Shown: positions 10,505 through 20,021 of the stretch, in pieces
How the letters are laid out: each line of letters starts with the position of its first letter
Position numbering within the stretch: position 1 is the stretch's first letter
Source of the DNA: an uncultured Collinsella sp.
GTDB lineage: Bacteria; Actinomycetota; Coriobacteriia; Coriobacteriales; Coriobacteriaceae
Length of the DNA stretch: 64,000 nt
NCBI GenBank assembly: GCA_958408685.1
Contig: CATYLC010000011.1
Location: forward strand, 3,704 to 67,703
Direction of reading: 5' to 3'
Notes under the pieces: model-generated
What the model was told of the DNA's origin: nothing
Database searches by the model: none
Seen by the model: only the letters and a program-made list of their open reading frames with translations
Made by a program: the position numbers and the translations under genes

Positions 10505-11218
10505 TTAACCACCCAGGTAGGCTTTACGCACGTTATCGTCGTGCAGTAGCTCTTGGCCGGTGCCGGTCATGGTGATCTTGCCGGTCTCGAGCACGTAACC
10601 GCGCGTAGCAATCGAAAGCGCCATCTGCGCGTTTTGCTCGACCAGAAGTACCGTGGTACCGGCCTTGTGCAGGTCCTCGACAATCTGGAAGATCTGTTCG
10701 ATCAGAATCGGTGCCAGACCCATGGAAGGTTCGTCGAGCATAAGCAGTTTGGGGTTACTCATAAGGGCGCGCCCCATAACGAGCATCTGCTGCTCGCCGC
10801 CCGAAAGGGTGCCGGCGACCTGGCGACGACGTTCCTTCAGGCGCGGGAACTGCTCGTAGACGCGCTCCAGGCCCGGAGCCACCGTGGACTTGGGCTGCGT
10901 ATAGGCACCCATCTCCAGGTTCTCCTCGACCGTCATCTGCAAAAAGGCGCGACGACCCTCGGGAACCTGAGCCAGGCCCTTACCAACCAGCTTATCAGCG
11001 GGCGTATGAGTAATGTCCTCGCCCATAAACTTGATGGAACCGGTCTTGGAACGCAGCAGGCCCGAGACGGTCTTGAGCGTTGTGGACTTGCCGGCGCCGT
11101 TAGCGCCAATCAAGGCCACGATCTCGCCCTCGTTAACGTTAAAGGAGATGTCCTTAATGGCGTGGATGGCGCCGTACCAGACGTTGATGTTGTAGACGGA
11201 AAGCATCGGCTCTGCCAT
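10505..11218 (-). CDS. livF: BCAA ABC transporter ATP-binding protein
   Basis: GANGAGKS, VPEGR, LSGGEQQM, DEPSMGLAP and LLVEQN motifs. Confidence 0.93.
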   Translation of the reverse strand: MAEPMLSVYNINVWYGAIHAIKDISFNVNEGEIVALIGANGAGKSTTLKTVSGLLRSKTGSIKFMGEDITHTPADKLVGKGLAQVPEGRRAFLQMTVEENLEMGAYTQPKSTVAPGLERVYEQFPRLKERRRQVAGTLSGGEQQMLVMGRALMSNPKLLMLDEPSMGLAPILIEQIFQIVEDLHKAGTTVLLVEQNAQMALSIATRGYVLETGKITMTGTGQELLHDDNVRKAYLGG

Positions 11219-12079
11219 TTAGTTCTCCCCCTTATCCTGCTTGCCCAGATATGCCTCAATAACAGCGTCGTTGTTCTGGATTTCCTCTGCCGTGCCCTTG
11301 GCGATGACCTTACCAAAGTTGAGCACGCAGATGCCCTCGCAGATGTTCATAACGAGCGACATATCATGCTCGATAAGCATGATGGCAATGCCAAAGGTGT
11401 CGCGAATCTTGACGATGTTCTCCATGAGCTCCGCGGTCTCGGACGGGTTCATGCCGGCGGCAGGCTCGTCGAGCAGCAGTAGCTTGGGGTTGGTGGCAAG
11501 CGCGCGGACGATCTCCAGACGACGCTGAGCGCCGTAAGGCAGCGATCCGGCCTGCTCGTTTGCCAGATGCTCCATATCAAAGATGGACAGCAGCTCCATG
11601 GCGCGCTCGTGAGCAGCCTTCTCGTGCTTCCAATACGTCGGCAGGCGCAGCACGCCCTCAAAGCCGGAGTAACGCTCCTGGTTATGCAGGCCAACCTTGA
11701 CGTTATCCTCCACCGTCATGGTGTTGAATAGGCGAATGTTCTGGAAGGTACGGGCAATACCCATGCGGTTGACCTGGTAGACCGACTTGCCCGAGGTGTC
11801 CTCGCCGTCGAGCAGGATGGTGCCATGCGTGGGCTGGTACACCTTGGTGAGCAGGTTGAAGACCGTGGTCTTGCCGGCGCCGTTGGGACCGATCAGACCG
11901 GCGATCTCGGTCTTGCCGATAGTCAGGCTAAAGTCGTCGACTGCCTTAAGGCCACCGAACTCAATGCCCAGGTGGATGCACTCGAGTGCAGGGCGCTCGC
12001 CCAGGTCACGATCGGGAACGATGGCGCCAGAAGGATACGGGACCATCTTGCCCTTCTTGAACTCAAATTTACTGGGCAT
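11219..12079 (-). CDS. livG: BCAA ABC transporter ATP-binding protein
   Basis: GPNGAGKT, ARTFQNIRLF, LPYG, DEPAAG, IEHDM and C-terminal AYLG motifs. Confidence 0.93.
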   Translation of the reverse strand: MPSKFEFKKGKMVPYPSGAIVPDRDLGERPALECIHLGIEFGGLKAVDDFSLTIGKTEIAGLIGPNGAGKTTVFNLLTKVYQPTHGTILLDGEDTSGKSVYQVNRMGIARTFQNIRLFNTMTVEDNVKVGLHNQERYSGFEGVLRLPTYWKHEKAAHERAMELLSIFDMEHLANEQAGSLPYGAQRRLEIVRALATNPKLLLLDEPAAGMNPSETAELMENIVKIRDTFGIAIMLIEHDMSLVMNICEGICVLNFGKVIAKGTAEEIQNNDAVIEAYLGKQDKGEN

Positions 12080-13157
12080 CGGCTGCCACCTCCTTCTTGG
12101 AAGCAAAGCGGTCCTTGACGCGACCGAAGAACGCCTTGAGCTGCGGGTTGTTGGTAAAAATCATGACCAGGATCAGCACGATGGCGTAGATGAGCATGCG
12201 GTAGTCCGAGAACTGACGGAGCAGCTCGGGAAGCACCGTGAGCAGCGCCGCCGCGATGACGGAGCCGCGCATATTGCCCAGACCGCCCAGGACCACGAAC
12301 ACCAGGATGAGAATGGACGTGTTGAAGTCGAACTTGGTGGCGGAGAGCTGCGAGAAGTTACCGCCGAAGAGGGCTCCGGCAGCACCGGCGAGGGCAGCGG
12401 AAACCACGAAGGCGATCATGCGGTACTCGGTGACGGAGATGCCTACGGACTCGGCTGCAATCTTGTTATCGCGCACGGCCATAATGGCACGGCCGGTACG
12501 GCTGCGAACCAGGTTGAGCACGATCACGAGTGCGGCCATGACCAGGATGGCACCGGCGAGGAAGGTCGAGTACGTCGACACGCCCGAGGCGCCCTGGGCG
12601 CCCTTGATGATGGCGGTGCCGTCCTCGAGCAGGTGCAGGTCGTCGATCGTAGAGTTGCCCGTGATGTTAAAGATCACGTGCAGGCCGCGGGAGTCGACGC
12701 CCACAATGAGGCAGGTGACGATCTCTTTGATGATCTCGCCAAAAGCCAGGGTCACGATAGCCAGATAGTCGCCGCTCAGGCGCAGGACCGGGATGCCAAT
12801 CAAGAAGCCCAGGATAGCGGCAGCGATGGCGCCGACCACGATGCTGATGACAAGACGTATTGGATCGGAGGGAACGGCGCTCTCGAGGGCGACCGCGGTA
12901 ACGATGCCCGTATAGGCACCGACGCTCATAAAGCCCGCGTGGCCCAGCGACAAGTCGCCCGCGATGCCGACGACGAGGTTGAGGGAAATGGCCATGACGA
13001 TATAGGCCGTGATGGGAACCAGCTGACCGGCGATCATGCGCGGAATCATGTGGTTAGACTGCATAAAGAACACGATGGCGAAGGCCACGATGCACATGGC
13101 GTACGTGACAAAGTCGTGACGCGTCTGCTTGTCTTTAAGAAACTTCATAACGCTCAC
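12069..13157 (-). CDS. livM: BCAA ABC transporter permease
   Basis: LSLGHAGF, LRLSGDYLAIVTLAFGEI and GRAIMAVRDN; start may be the ATG at 13148. Confidence 0.92.
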   Translation of the reverse strand: MSVMKFLKDKQTRHDFVTYAMCIVAFAIVFFMQSNHMIPRMIAGQLVPITAYIVMAISLNLVVGIAGDLSLGHAGFMSVGAYTGIVTAVALESAVPSDPIRLVISIVVGAIAAAILGFLIGIPVLRLSGDYLAIVTLAFGEIIKEIVTCLIVGVDSRGLHVIFNITGNSTIDDLHLLEDGTAIIKGAQGASGVSTYSTFLAGAILVMAALVIVLNLVRSRTGRAIMAVRDNKIAAESVGISVTEYRMIAFVVSAALAGAAGALFGGNFSQLSATKFDFNTSILILVFVVLGGLGNMRGSVIAAALLTVLPELLRQFSDYRMLIYAIVLILVMIFTNNPQLKAFFGRVKDRFASKKEVAADAQ

Positions 13158-14039
13158 CTACACCTTCTCGGGGACGTACTTGCCCAAGAGGCCGGCAGGC
13201 TTGACGAGCAGGACGATGATCAAAACACCAAAGACGATGGAGTTGGCAAGACTCGTGGAAATGTAAGCCTGCGCCATCGCCTCGATGATGCCGATGAGAA
13301 TGCCACCGACAAAGGCACCGGGGATGGAGCCGATGCCGCCGAAGACGGCGGCGTCGAAGGCCTTGATGCCAGGCATGGCACCCGTCGTGGGCTGCAGCAC
13401 CGGCGAGTAGGAGCACAGGAGCACGCCGGCGATGGCGGCAAGCGCCGAGCCGATGGCAAACGTCATCGAGATGGTGCGGTTGACGTTGATGCCCATGAGC
13501 TGAGCGGCGGCCTTGTCCTCGGACACGGCGCGCATGGCCTTGCCCATCTTGGTCTTACCTGTAAAGAACATCAGGCCGGCCATGATAACCAGGCAGGCGA
13601 CGATGGTGACGAGCGAGACGGCGCTTACGTTGAACTTGGCCAAGAACTCCGGCACCTGGAAGGTGACGAGCGAAGTGAAGTTCTTGGGCGTGGCGCCCCA
13701 CAGAAGCTGCGCGGCGTTCTGCAGGAAGTAAGACACGCCGATAGCCGTGATCAGAACGGCCAGCGGGCCTGCTTGGCGCAGCGGCTTATAGGCCAGACCC
13801 TCAATGAGAACGCCGAGAACCGTGCAGACCACACAAGAAAGAATTACAGATACCCAGCCCGGGAGGCCGAGATACGACGTGGCGCAGAACGAGACATAGG
13901 CACCGACCATGATGACGTCGCCGTGAGCGAAGTTCAGCATCTTGGCGATACCGTAGACCATGGTGTAGCCCAACGCGATGATGGCGTAGACGCTGCCCAT
14001 GGACAGGCCGTTGACCAGGTATTGGATAAAGACCGTCAT
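13158..14039 (-). CDS. livH: BCAA ABC transporter permease
   Basis: GYTMVYGIAKMLNFAHG, GKAMRAVSED and GGIGSIPGA motifs. Confidence 0.92.
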   Translation of the reverse strand: MTVFIQYLVNGLSMGSVYAIIALGYTMVYGIAKMLNFAHGDVIMVGAYVSFCATSYLGLPGWVSVILSCVVCTVLGVLIEGLAYKPLRQAGPLAVLITAIGVSYFLQNAAQLLWGATPKNFTSLVTFQVPEFLAKFNVSAVSLVTIVACLVIMAGLMFFTGKTKMGKAMRAVSEDKAAAQLMGINVNRTISMTFAIGSALAAIAGVLLCSYSPVLQPTTGAMPGIKAFDAAVFGGIGSIPGAFVGGILIGIIEAMAQAYISTSLANSIVFGVLIIVLLVKPAGLLGKYVPEKV

Positions 14040-14178
14040 GTTCCACATCCCCCTTTCGAATAGGTTTCTAGTTGATGTATGAAACAGGGACGTTACATCG
14101 TCCCTAGATACCAAGCAAGCAGGGAAGGCCAAAACCTCCCCTGCTTGGGATCAAAACCGCTCTATGTAAGGCGGCCAA

Positions 14179-15366
14179 TTAGGCCTGTACGTACTTGCCG
14201 TCGGTGATGACGTACGCCGTGGGCTCCTTCTGGACCTGGCCCTTATCGTTCCAGGTGAGCTTGCCGGTCAGACCGTCAACGGTAATCTTGAGCATAGCCT
14301 TGGACAGCTTCTCGGCGGCCTCGGTCGGGTCGGCGTCGACACCAAGACCGGCCTCCTTGAGGGCCTCGGCCACCGCGTGCACGCCATCGTAGGCGTCGGC
14401 GGCAAACTGGTCGGGGGTATCGCCGTACTTATCCTTGTAAGCGTTGACGAAGTCGGCGTTCTTCTCGTCGTCGGCGGAGAACGGGGTCATGAGCAGCAGA
14501 CCCTCAGCAAGAGAGGTGTCGAAGCCCTCAACGCCCAGGATGCCGTCCATGCCGTCGCAGCCCATCATCTTGACGTCGTAGCCCATGTCCTTGGCGTTCT
14601 TGAGCAGGACGGACGCCGGCGTGTAGTAGATCGGCGCAAAGATCATGGTGGCGCCGGCCTGCTTGGCCTTGGTCAGCTGGTTGGTAAAGCTCGTGGCGGA
14701 GTCGTCCTTAAAGGTCTCCTCGTCAACAATCTCGAGCTTGGACTCAGCGGCCTGGGCCTTAAAGGAATCTGCGATACCCGAAGAATAGGCGTCGCCGGAG
14801 TTATAGAACAGCACGAACTTCTCGTCCGCATACTTCTGCGCCAGGAACTTGGCAGCGTTGACACCCTGGTTGGGGTCGGTGAAGCAAACCTGGAAGACGC
14901 AATCCTTGCCGTCGGTGACGTCCTCGGAGGACGCGGACGGGGTGATCATGAACGTCTTGGGGTCGTTACCACACTCAGCGGCAACGGCAACCGACGCACC
15001 CGTGGTGGTCGGGCCGACGAGGGCCTGCATGCCCCAGTCGAGCAGGGTATTGAAGGCGTTGACGGCCTTCTCGCCGTCGGCCTGGTCATCCTCGGCCTTG
15101 CTGGCAAGCGGCAGCTCCTTGGTGGAGAAGTCCTTGCAGCCAAGCTCGACACCCTGGGTAACGGACTTGCCGTAGGACGCGTTGGCGCCGGTCAGCGGGC
15201 CGATGGTGCCGATCTTAAACGAAGCGTCACCCGAAGCGGAACCGCTGTCGCCGCCGTTGGAGGAGCAGCCAGCTAGAATGGACATCGCCCCCAGACCTGC
15301 TGCGCTCGCGATAACGCTCCTGCGATTCATAACAGGGTTCAATGACTTACCGGTGAGGCTCGACAT
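14179..15366 (-). CDS. livK: BCAA ABC transporter substrate-binding lipoprotein
   Basis: RR-containing signal peptide with LAGC lipobox; IGPLTG, PSAS and AADAYD motifs; leads livHMGF. Confidence 0.88.
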   Translation of the reverse strand: MSSLTGKSLNPVMNRRSVIASAAGLGAMSILAGCSSNGGDSGSASGDASFKIGTIGPLTGANASYGKSVTQGVELGCKDFSTKELPLASKAEDDQADGEKAVNAFNTLLDWGMQALVGPTTTGASVAVAAECGNDPKTFMITPSASSEDVTDGKDCVFQVCFTDPNQGVNAAKFLAQKYADEKFVLFYNSGDAYSSGIADSFKAQAAESKLEIVDEETFKDDSATSFTNQLTKAKQAGATMIFAPIYYTPASVLLKNAKDMGYDVKMMGCDGMDGILGVEGFDTSLAEGLLLMTPFSADDEKNADFVNAYKDKYGDTPDQFAADAYDGVHAVAEALKEAGLGVDADPTEAAEKLSKAMLKITVDGLTGKLTWNDKGQVQKEPTAYVITDGKYVQA

Positions 15367-15637
15367 GCGGCTCTCCTCTCAAATCTCGTCGGGTTTCGGT
15401 AGCCCGACAGGCCATCCTTCGCCGTGTTCGGCGTTCGCAAAATAGTAGACGCTTTAGTTGAGAAAAGTGGCGATTATTTCAACTTTTCTTTTGTTTTGTC
15501 CATTTATCCAAATTTATGCGTATTTCTGTCGGTTTATACAGTTTAGCCACTTTATTGTGTGAAAGTATTGTTTCCGTTCTGTTACAAGCGTCCCTGCCCT
15601 GATTAAAACGACCTCACCGCTCGCGTTTTGTGCGCAC

Positions 15638-15685
15638 CTAGGCGGCGATGTACTTGCCGTCCTGAATCACATAGGCTGTAGGTCG
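15638..15685 (-). pseudogene. 3' remnant of a second LivK-like substrate-binding gene
   Basis: Minus strand reads RPTAYVIQDGKYIAA*, versus the LivK C-terminus EPTAYVITDGKYVQA*. Confidence 0.7.
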
Positions 15686-15842
15686 TATGTAGTGAGCATG
15701 TTTCCAATGTTTCCGCAGCGTTTCGGGGGTGCCGTTTTGTGCGACTCCTGTTGCCTGGCGAGCACGCGCCCTCGGTTCACGCTAGAATGCACTCAACCTT
15801 TAAGCGGTTAATCCATCCATAAGATGCACGAAGGAGCTATCT

Positions 15843-17186
15843 ATGAGCGAACCCCTGCGCACCGTGAACGTCGGTCTGATCGGTCTGGGAACCGTCGGCG
15901 GCGGCGTGGCCCGTCTGATCAAGAGCCACCACGATGAGTACCTGGCAGCCTACGGCATCGACCTTAAGCTGACCCGCGCCTGCGCGCTTGCCTGGGAGCA
16001 GGCCGAAGCAGCCGGTATTGAGCGCGAGGCCTTTACAAGTGACTGGCACGACGTCGTCACCGACCCCGCCGTCGACATCGTCGTCGAGCTGATCGGCGGC
16101 GAGCATCCCGCAACCGAGATCTTCACCACCGCCTTCGAGAACGGTAAGCACGTCGTCTCTGCCAACAAGGCCTTGCTGGGCCGTCATGTCGAGACGCTCG
16201 CCGAGAAGGCGCGCGCGTGTGGCGTGCAGATTAAATGCGAGGCCAGCTGCGGCGGCGGCATCCCCATCGTGAGCACGCTCGAGCACGACCTGGTGGGCAA
16301 CAAGATCTTGACCATCGCCGGCATTCTCAACGGCACCACCAACTATATCCTGTCGCGCATGGACGCCGAGGGCGCCGATTACGCCGACGTGCTTGCCGAC
16401 GCGCAGGCCAAGGGCTATGCCGAGGCCGACCCGTCCGCCGACGTCGACGGCTTCGACGCCGCCAGCAAGACGGCGATCCTCGCCTCCATCGGCTTTGGCA
16501 CCCGCGTGACCACCGACGATGTGTACCAGCAGGGTATCCGCACCATCGGCGCCGAGGACATCGCCCAGGCCCGCGAGCTCGGCTACACCATTAAGCTGCT
16601 CGGCATCGCCCGCAACACCGACGCCGGCGTCGACGTCCGCGTGCATCCCACGCTGATCCCTGCCGATCACATGCTCGCCAAGGTCAACGGCGCCATGAAC
16701 GCTGTCTACGTCGTAGGCGACGCCGTGGGCGAGACCATGTTCTACGGTGCCGGCGCAGGCTCCTTCCCCACCGCGAGCGCCGTCGTGGGCGACATCCTGT
16801 CGCTCTCCGAGCAGATCAGCCGCGGCGTGGCTCCGCTGCCCGAGATTGAGCCCTATGGTCACAACCTCGCCTTTAAGCCCATGGACGAGCTCCAGACCAA
16901 GTACTATGTGCGCCTGAAGGTCGCCGACCGCGTGGGCGCCCTGTCCGAGACGGTCGACATCTTTGCCAAGCACAACATTTCGATCTCGCTCATCAACCAG
17001 GTCGAGGACGGCAAGTCGGGCGTCAGCGATGCCTGCTCGGTCATCTTCCTGACGCACCGCGCGCTCGAGAAGGACGTCCAGGCTGCCGCCGCCGAGCTTG
17101 CCAGCGTCGACTGCGTTGCCGAGGTCGCCAACGTCCTGCGTATCGAGGACGTAGAGGCCTGGACCGAAGGCGTCATGGCCAACTAG
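15843..17186 (+). CDS. hom: Homoserine dehydrogenase with ACT domain
   Basis: GLGTVG, VVSANK, GGGIP, ILNGTTN and GYAEADP..DVDG motifs. Confidence 0.95.
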   Translation: MSEPLRTVNVGLIGLGTVGGGVARLIKSHHDEYLAAYGIDLKLTRACALAWEQAEAAGIEREAFTSDWHDVVTDPAVDIVVELIGGEHPATEIFTTAFENGKHVVSANKALLGRHVETLAEKARACGVQIKCEASCGGGIPIVSTLEHDLVGNKILTIAGILNGTTNYILSRMDAEGADYADVLADAQAKGYAEADPSADVDGFDAASKTAILASIGFGTRVTTDDVYQQGIRTIGAEDIAQARELGYTIKLLGIARNTDAGVDVRVHPTLIPADHMLAKVNGAMNAVYVVGDAVGETMFYGAGAGSFPTASAVVGDILSLSEQISRGVAPLPEIEPYGHNLAFKPMDELQTKYYVRLKVADRVGALSETVDIFAKHNISISLINQVEDGKSGVSDACSVIFLTHRALEKDVQAAAAELASVDCVAEVANVLRIEDVEAWTEGVMAN

Positions 17187-17217
17187 CCCAACACCCGCTT
17201 ATCAATACGCACCTCGG

Positions 17218-17251
17218 GGGCTCCCGTCCTATGTGGGACGGGAGCCCTTTT
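17218..17251 (+). terminator. Rho-independent terminator after hom
   Basis: GGGCTCCCGTCC-loop-GGACGGGAGCCC-TTTT. Confidence 0.85.
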
Positions 17252-17403
17252 CTATCCGGCTTCCAAGCACAGCGGCAAAGCGGCATTTGCACGAGCCGTT
17301 CATCGGTAGCGCGGGTTACCGTTCACCGATATGCAAACGCGGCCGATTCCGGCTACCGCTACGCTGTGCTGCGTATGTCCAACCCCCGAAGAATGGAGGC
17401 ACC

Positions 17404-18153
17404 ATGTTGCTCGAGGGCAAGAAAGCAATCATCACCGGAGGCACGCGCGGTATCGGCTATGCCATCGCCTGTCGCTTTATCGAGGAGGGCGCCGCCGTCA
17501 CGGTCTTTGGCTCGCGTCAGGAGACTGCCGACGCCGCCGTTGAAAAGCTAGCCGCAGCCTATCCCGAGGCCAAGGTCTGGGGCCGCACCTGCGACCTCAC
17601 CTCGCTCGAGGCCGTAACCGAGGCCTTTACCGAGGCAGCCGCCGACATGGGTGGCCTGGACACGGTCGTTAACAACGCCGGCATCTCCCAGCGCTCGCCC
17701 CTTTTGGACTACACGGCCGAGGAGTTCGCAAAGGTCATGAACCTTAACGTCGTCGCTGTCTTTAATGGCCACCAGGCTGCCGCCAAGATCATGACCGAAG
17801 CCGGCCACGGCGGCACCATCACTACCACAAGCTCGATGGTCGCCAAGTACGGCCAGCCCTCCGGCGTCGGTTACCCCACGTCCAAGTTTGCCGTCAACGG
17901 CATGGTCCAGTCGCTCTCGCGCGAGCTCGCCCCCATGGGCATCCGCGTCAACGCCGTTGCCCCTGGCGTGACTAAGACCGACATGGTCGCCAACCTACCC
18001 GAAGAGGTCATCAAGCCCATCGTCGCCACTATTCCGCTCGGCCGCATGGGCGAGCCCGAGGATGTCGCCAACGCCTTTGTCTTCTTGGCAAGCGACATGT
18101 CCTCCTATGTCACGGGCGCCATCCTCCCCGTCGACGGAGCCGCCCGCTCCTAA
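17404..18153 (+). CDS. SDR oxidoreductase, probable 3-alpha-hydroxysteroid dehydrogenase (BaiA-like)
   Basis: TGGTRGIG, NNAGIS, catalytic S..YPTSK and C-terminal VDGAARS; resembles gut 3a-HSDH sequences as I recall them. Confidence 0.75.
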   Translation: MLLEGKKAIITGGTRGIGYAIACRFIEEGAAVTVFGSRQETADAAVEKLAAAYPEAKVWGRTCDLTSLEAVTEAFTEAAADMGGLDTVVNNAGISQRSPLLDYTAEEFAKVMNLNVVAVFNGHQAAAKIMTEAGHGGTITTTSSMVAKYGQPSGVGYPTSKFAVNGMVQSLSRELAPMGIRVNAVAPGVTKTDMVANLPEEVIKPIVATIPLGRMGEPEDVANAFVFLASDMSSYVTGAILPVDGAARS

Positions 18154-18195
18154 AGGTCGCAAGCCACGACTCCTAGCCTCAACATTGCTCAACGC

Positions 18196-18238
18196 AAAAG
18201 GCGCGCTGCCTGCATCAACCGCAGGCAGCGCGCCTTCT
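18196..18238. terminator. Bidirectional terminator between convergent genes
   Basis: AAAAGGCGCGCTGCCTGC-loop-GCAGGCAGCGCGCCTT. Confidence 0.8.
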
Positions 18239-18274
18239 ATTATTTGGACGGAACCCGTATCCCGGCATTCCTTA

Positions 18275-19837
18275 CTACTTACCGTCGTCGTCCTGGGCTT
18301 CATCGCGCGCGTAGAGCTCCAGCATGCGGCGGCGGTATTCGTGCACGGCGAGCTTGGCGCGCTCCAGGCGGCGGCGCTCACGCGGAGTCAGCTTGGACGG
18401 GTCGATCTCGTCGCCATAGGTCTTCTCGGCCAGCAAATGAGCGGCGTCCACGATACGGGCATCGATGTGCCCGCTTGCCGCCTCGGTCGAGAGGCGGTCG
18501 GCAATGGAATCAAGGGTAGGTATGCCGTCGAGCGAACGCCCATGTCCATGCGAGGTCAGCAGCTCGTGCTCGCGTGCGAGCAGGCTCGCCAAATCGTGAT
18601 GGGCGCGCAAGATGTCGAGCGCATCGGATGGATGCTCGGCAACCTCTGCCACGGCAGCGACCGGTGCGGCGTCGACCACGCGGTAGAAGAGCTGCGCGAG
18701 CAGCGGCATCAAGAACACCGTGATGGCACCGGCGGCAACCATGACCGACGCAATATCTTGCGACAGCGCGCCCGCGTTGACGGCAACGCTCGTCACGGCA
18801 ACGATGATCGGAAGCGCCGTGGTGCAGTACAGGGCCACGGTAATGCGACCATACGCCGACACATCGCGCGTCGCAGGACAAATGCTCATAGAAATAAGGA
18901 TGGGCACGGCACGAATAATCAGCAACGCCACGATAAAGCCCGCGAGCAAGCCCGGGCGCGACGCCACGGCCGTCAGGTCGATCTTTGCGCCCGATACGGT
19001 AAAGAACACCGGAATCAAAAAGCCGTAGGCCAGGCCGTCGAGCTTGGTCTCGAGCGTATGGTTGCCCTCGGGGATGATATAGCGCAGGACAAAGCCGGCG
19101 GCAAAAGAACCCAACACGATGTCGAGGTCAAAGATGGCCGAGAACGCCACGAGCGTGACCAGGATGAACACCGTCAGACGCACGAAGGTCTGCGACGTGG
19201 TATCGGCGCGTTCCTCGACAAACGAAAAGAAGCGGCTGCCGACGCGCCTGGAACGACTTGGGACCACGGCCAGCAGCACGCAGACCACAGCAAACAGGCC
19301 AAGAATCACGAGCGTCTGGATGCCGGTGCGGGCAGACAGCAGCACCGACATGGCGAGCACGGGACCGAGCTCGCCCCAAGTGCCATACGCGAGAATCGAG
19401 TCGCCAACGCGCGTGCCGGTGAGCGAGCGCTCGCGCATGATGGGCACAAGCGTGCCGAGCGCCGTGGAAGTAAGGGCGAGCGTCACGGCGATACCGTCGA
19501 AATGGCTGACCGAGAACCACGGCGTAAAGCGCACGGCAAGCCAGGCGATGCCAAACGTGACGGCCCACGTCGCCAAGCCGTAGCGCCCCTCCACACCCGT
19601 AATGTTCTTAGGGTCGATCTCAAAGCCGGCAAGCAGGAACAAAAAGGCCAGACCCAGCTCGGACACCAGCGAGACCTCGGCATCTACATGGATGACGCCG
19701 AGCATATGGGGTCCCAGCACCGCACCGAACACGAGCAAAAAGACCGTCTCGGGAACGGGCTTTCCGGGAATCGCCGAGGCGATGAAGGGGCTTGCAAAGG
19801 CCACGAGCGCGATGATGGCGAGTGAAACGAATGCCAT
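18275..19837 (-). CDS. Cation:proton antiporter (CPA2) with hydrophilic C-terminal extension
   Basis: About 12 TM segments; LFLLAGFEID, LGSFAAG and FLIPVFF motifs. Confidence 0.85.
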   Translation of the reverse strand: MAFVSLAIIALVAFASPFIASAIPGKPVPETVFLLVFGAVLGPHMLGVIHVDAEVSLVSELGLAFLFLLAGFEIDPKNITGVEGRYGLATWAVTFGIAWLAVRFTPWFSVSHFDGIAVTLALTSTALGTLVPIMRERSLTGTRVGDSILAYGTWGELGPVLAMSVLLSARTGIQTLVILGLFAVVCVLLAVVPSRSRRVGSRFFSFVEERADTTSQTFVRLTVFILVTLVAFSAIFDLDIVLGSFAAGFVLRYIIPEGNHTLETKLDGLAYGFLIPVFFTVSGAKIDLTAVASRPGLLAGFIVALLIIRAVPILISMSICPATRDVSAYGRITVALYCTTALPIIVAVTSVAVNAGALSQDIASVMVAAGAITVFLMPLLAQLFYRVVDAAPVAAVAEVAEHPSDALDILRAHHDLASLLAREHELLTSHGHGRSLDGIPTLDSIADRLSTEAASGHIDARIVDAAHLLAEKTYGDEIDPSKLTPRERRRLERAKLAVHEYRRRMLELYARDEAQDDDGK

Positions 19838-20021
19838 GTGATGCCTTTCTCTTGTTTGCGCTTCACTGTAGCACCCTCGCCGTCCTCAACGCGCCACGAG
19901 CTGTCGTATCATAGTGAGGTTTACAAACATGTGGCTCAAGGCGACCGCAGGGCAGACCCCGCAAACCGACCGCTGCCGCATACCGTACCGTACGCCCAAC
20001 CGATCAGGAAGGCAGGAACCA

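Noticed and set aside
11787..14063. 758-aa plus-strand ORF and other long antisense ORFs (e.g. 18062-19825, 21792-23477, 1273-2715)
   Set aside because: Shadow ORFs opposite well-supported genes, typical of high-GC codon bias; no recognisable motifs.
19870..20021. Possible purine or ZTP riboswitch upstream of purL
   Set aside because: I could not find the conserved ZTP or purine aptamer segments by eye; an Infernal/Rfam scan would settle it.
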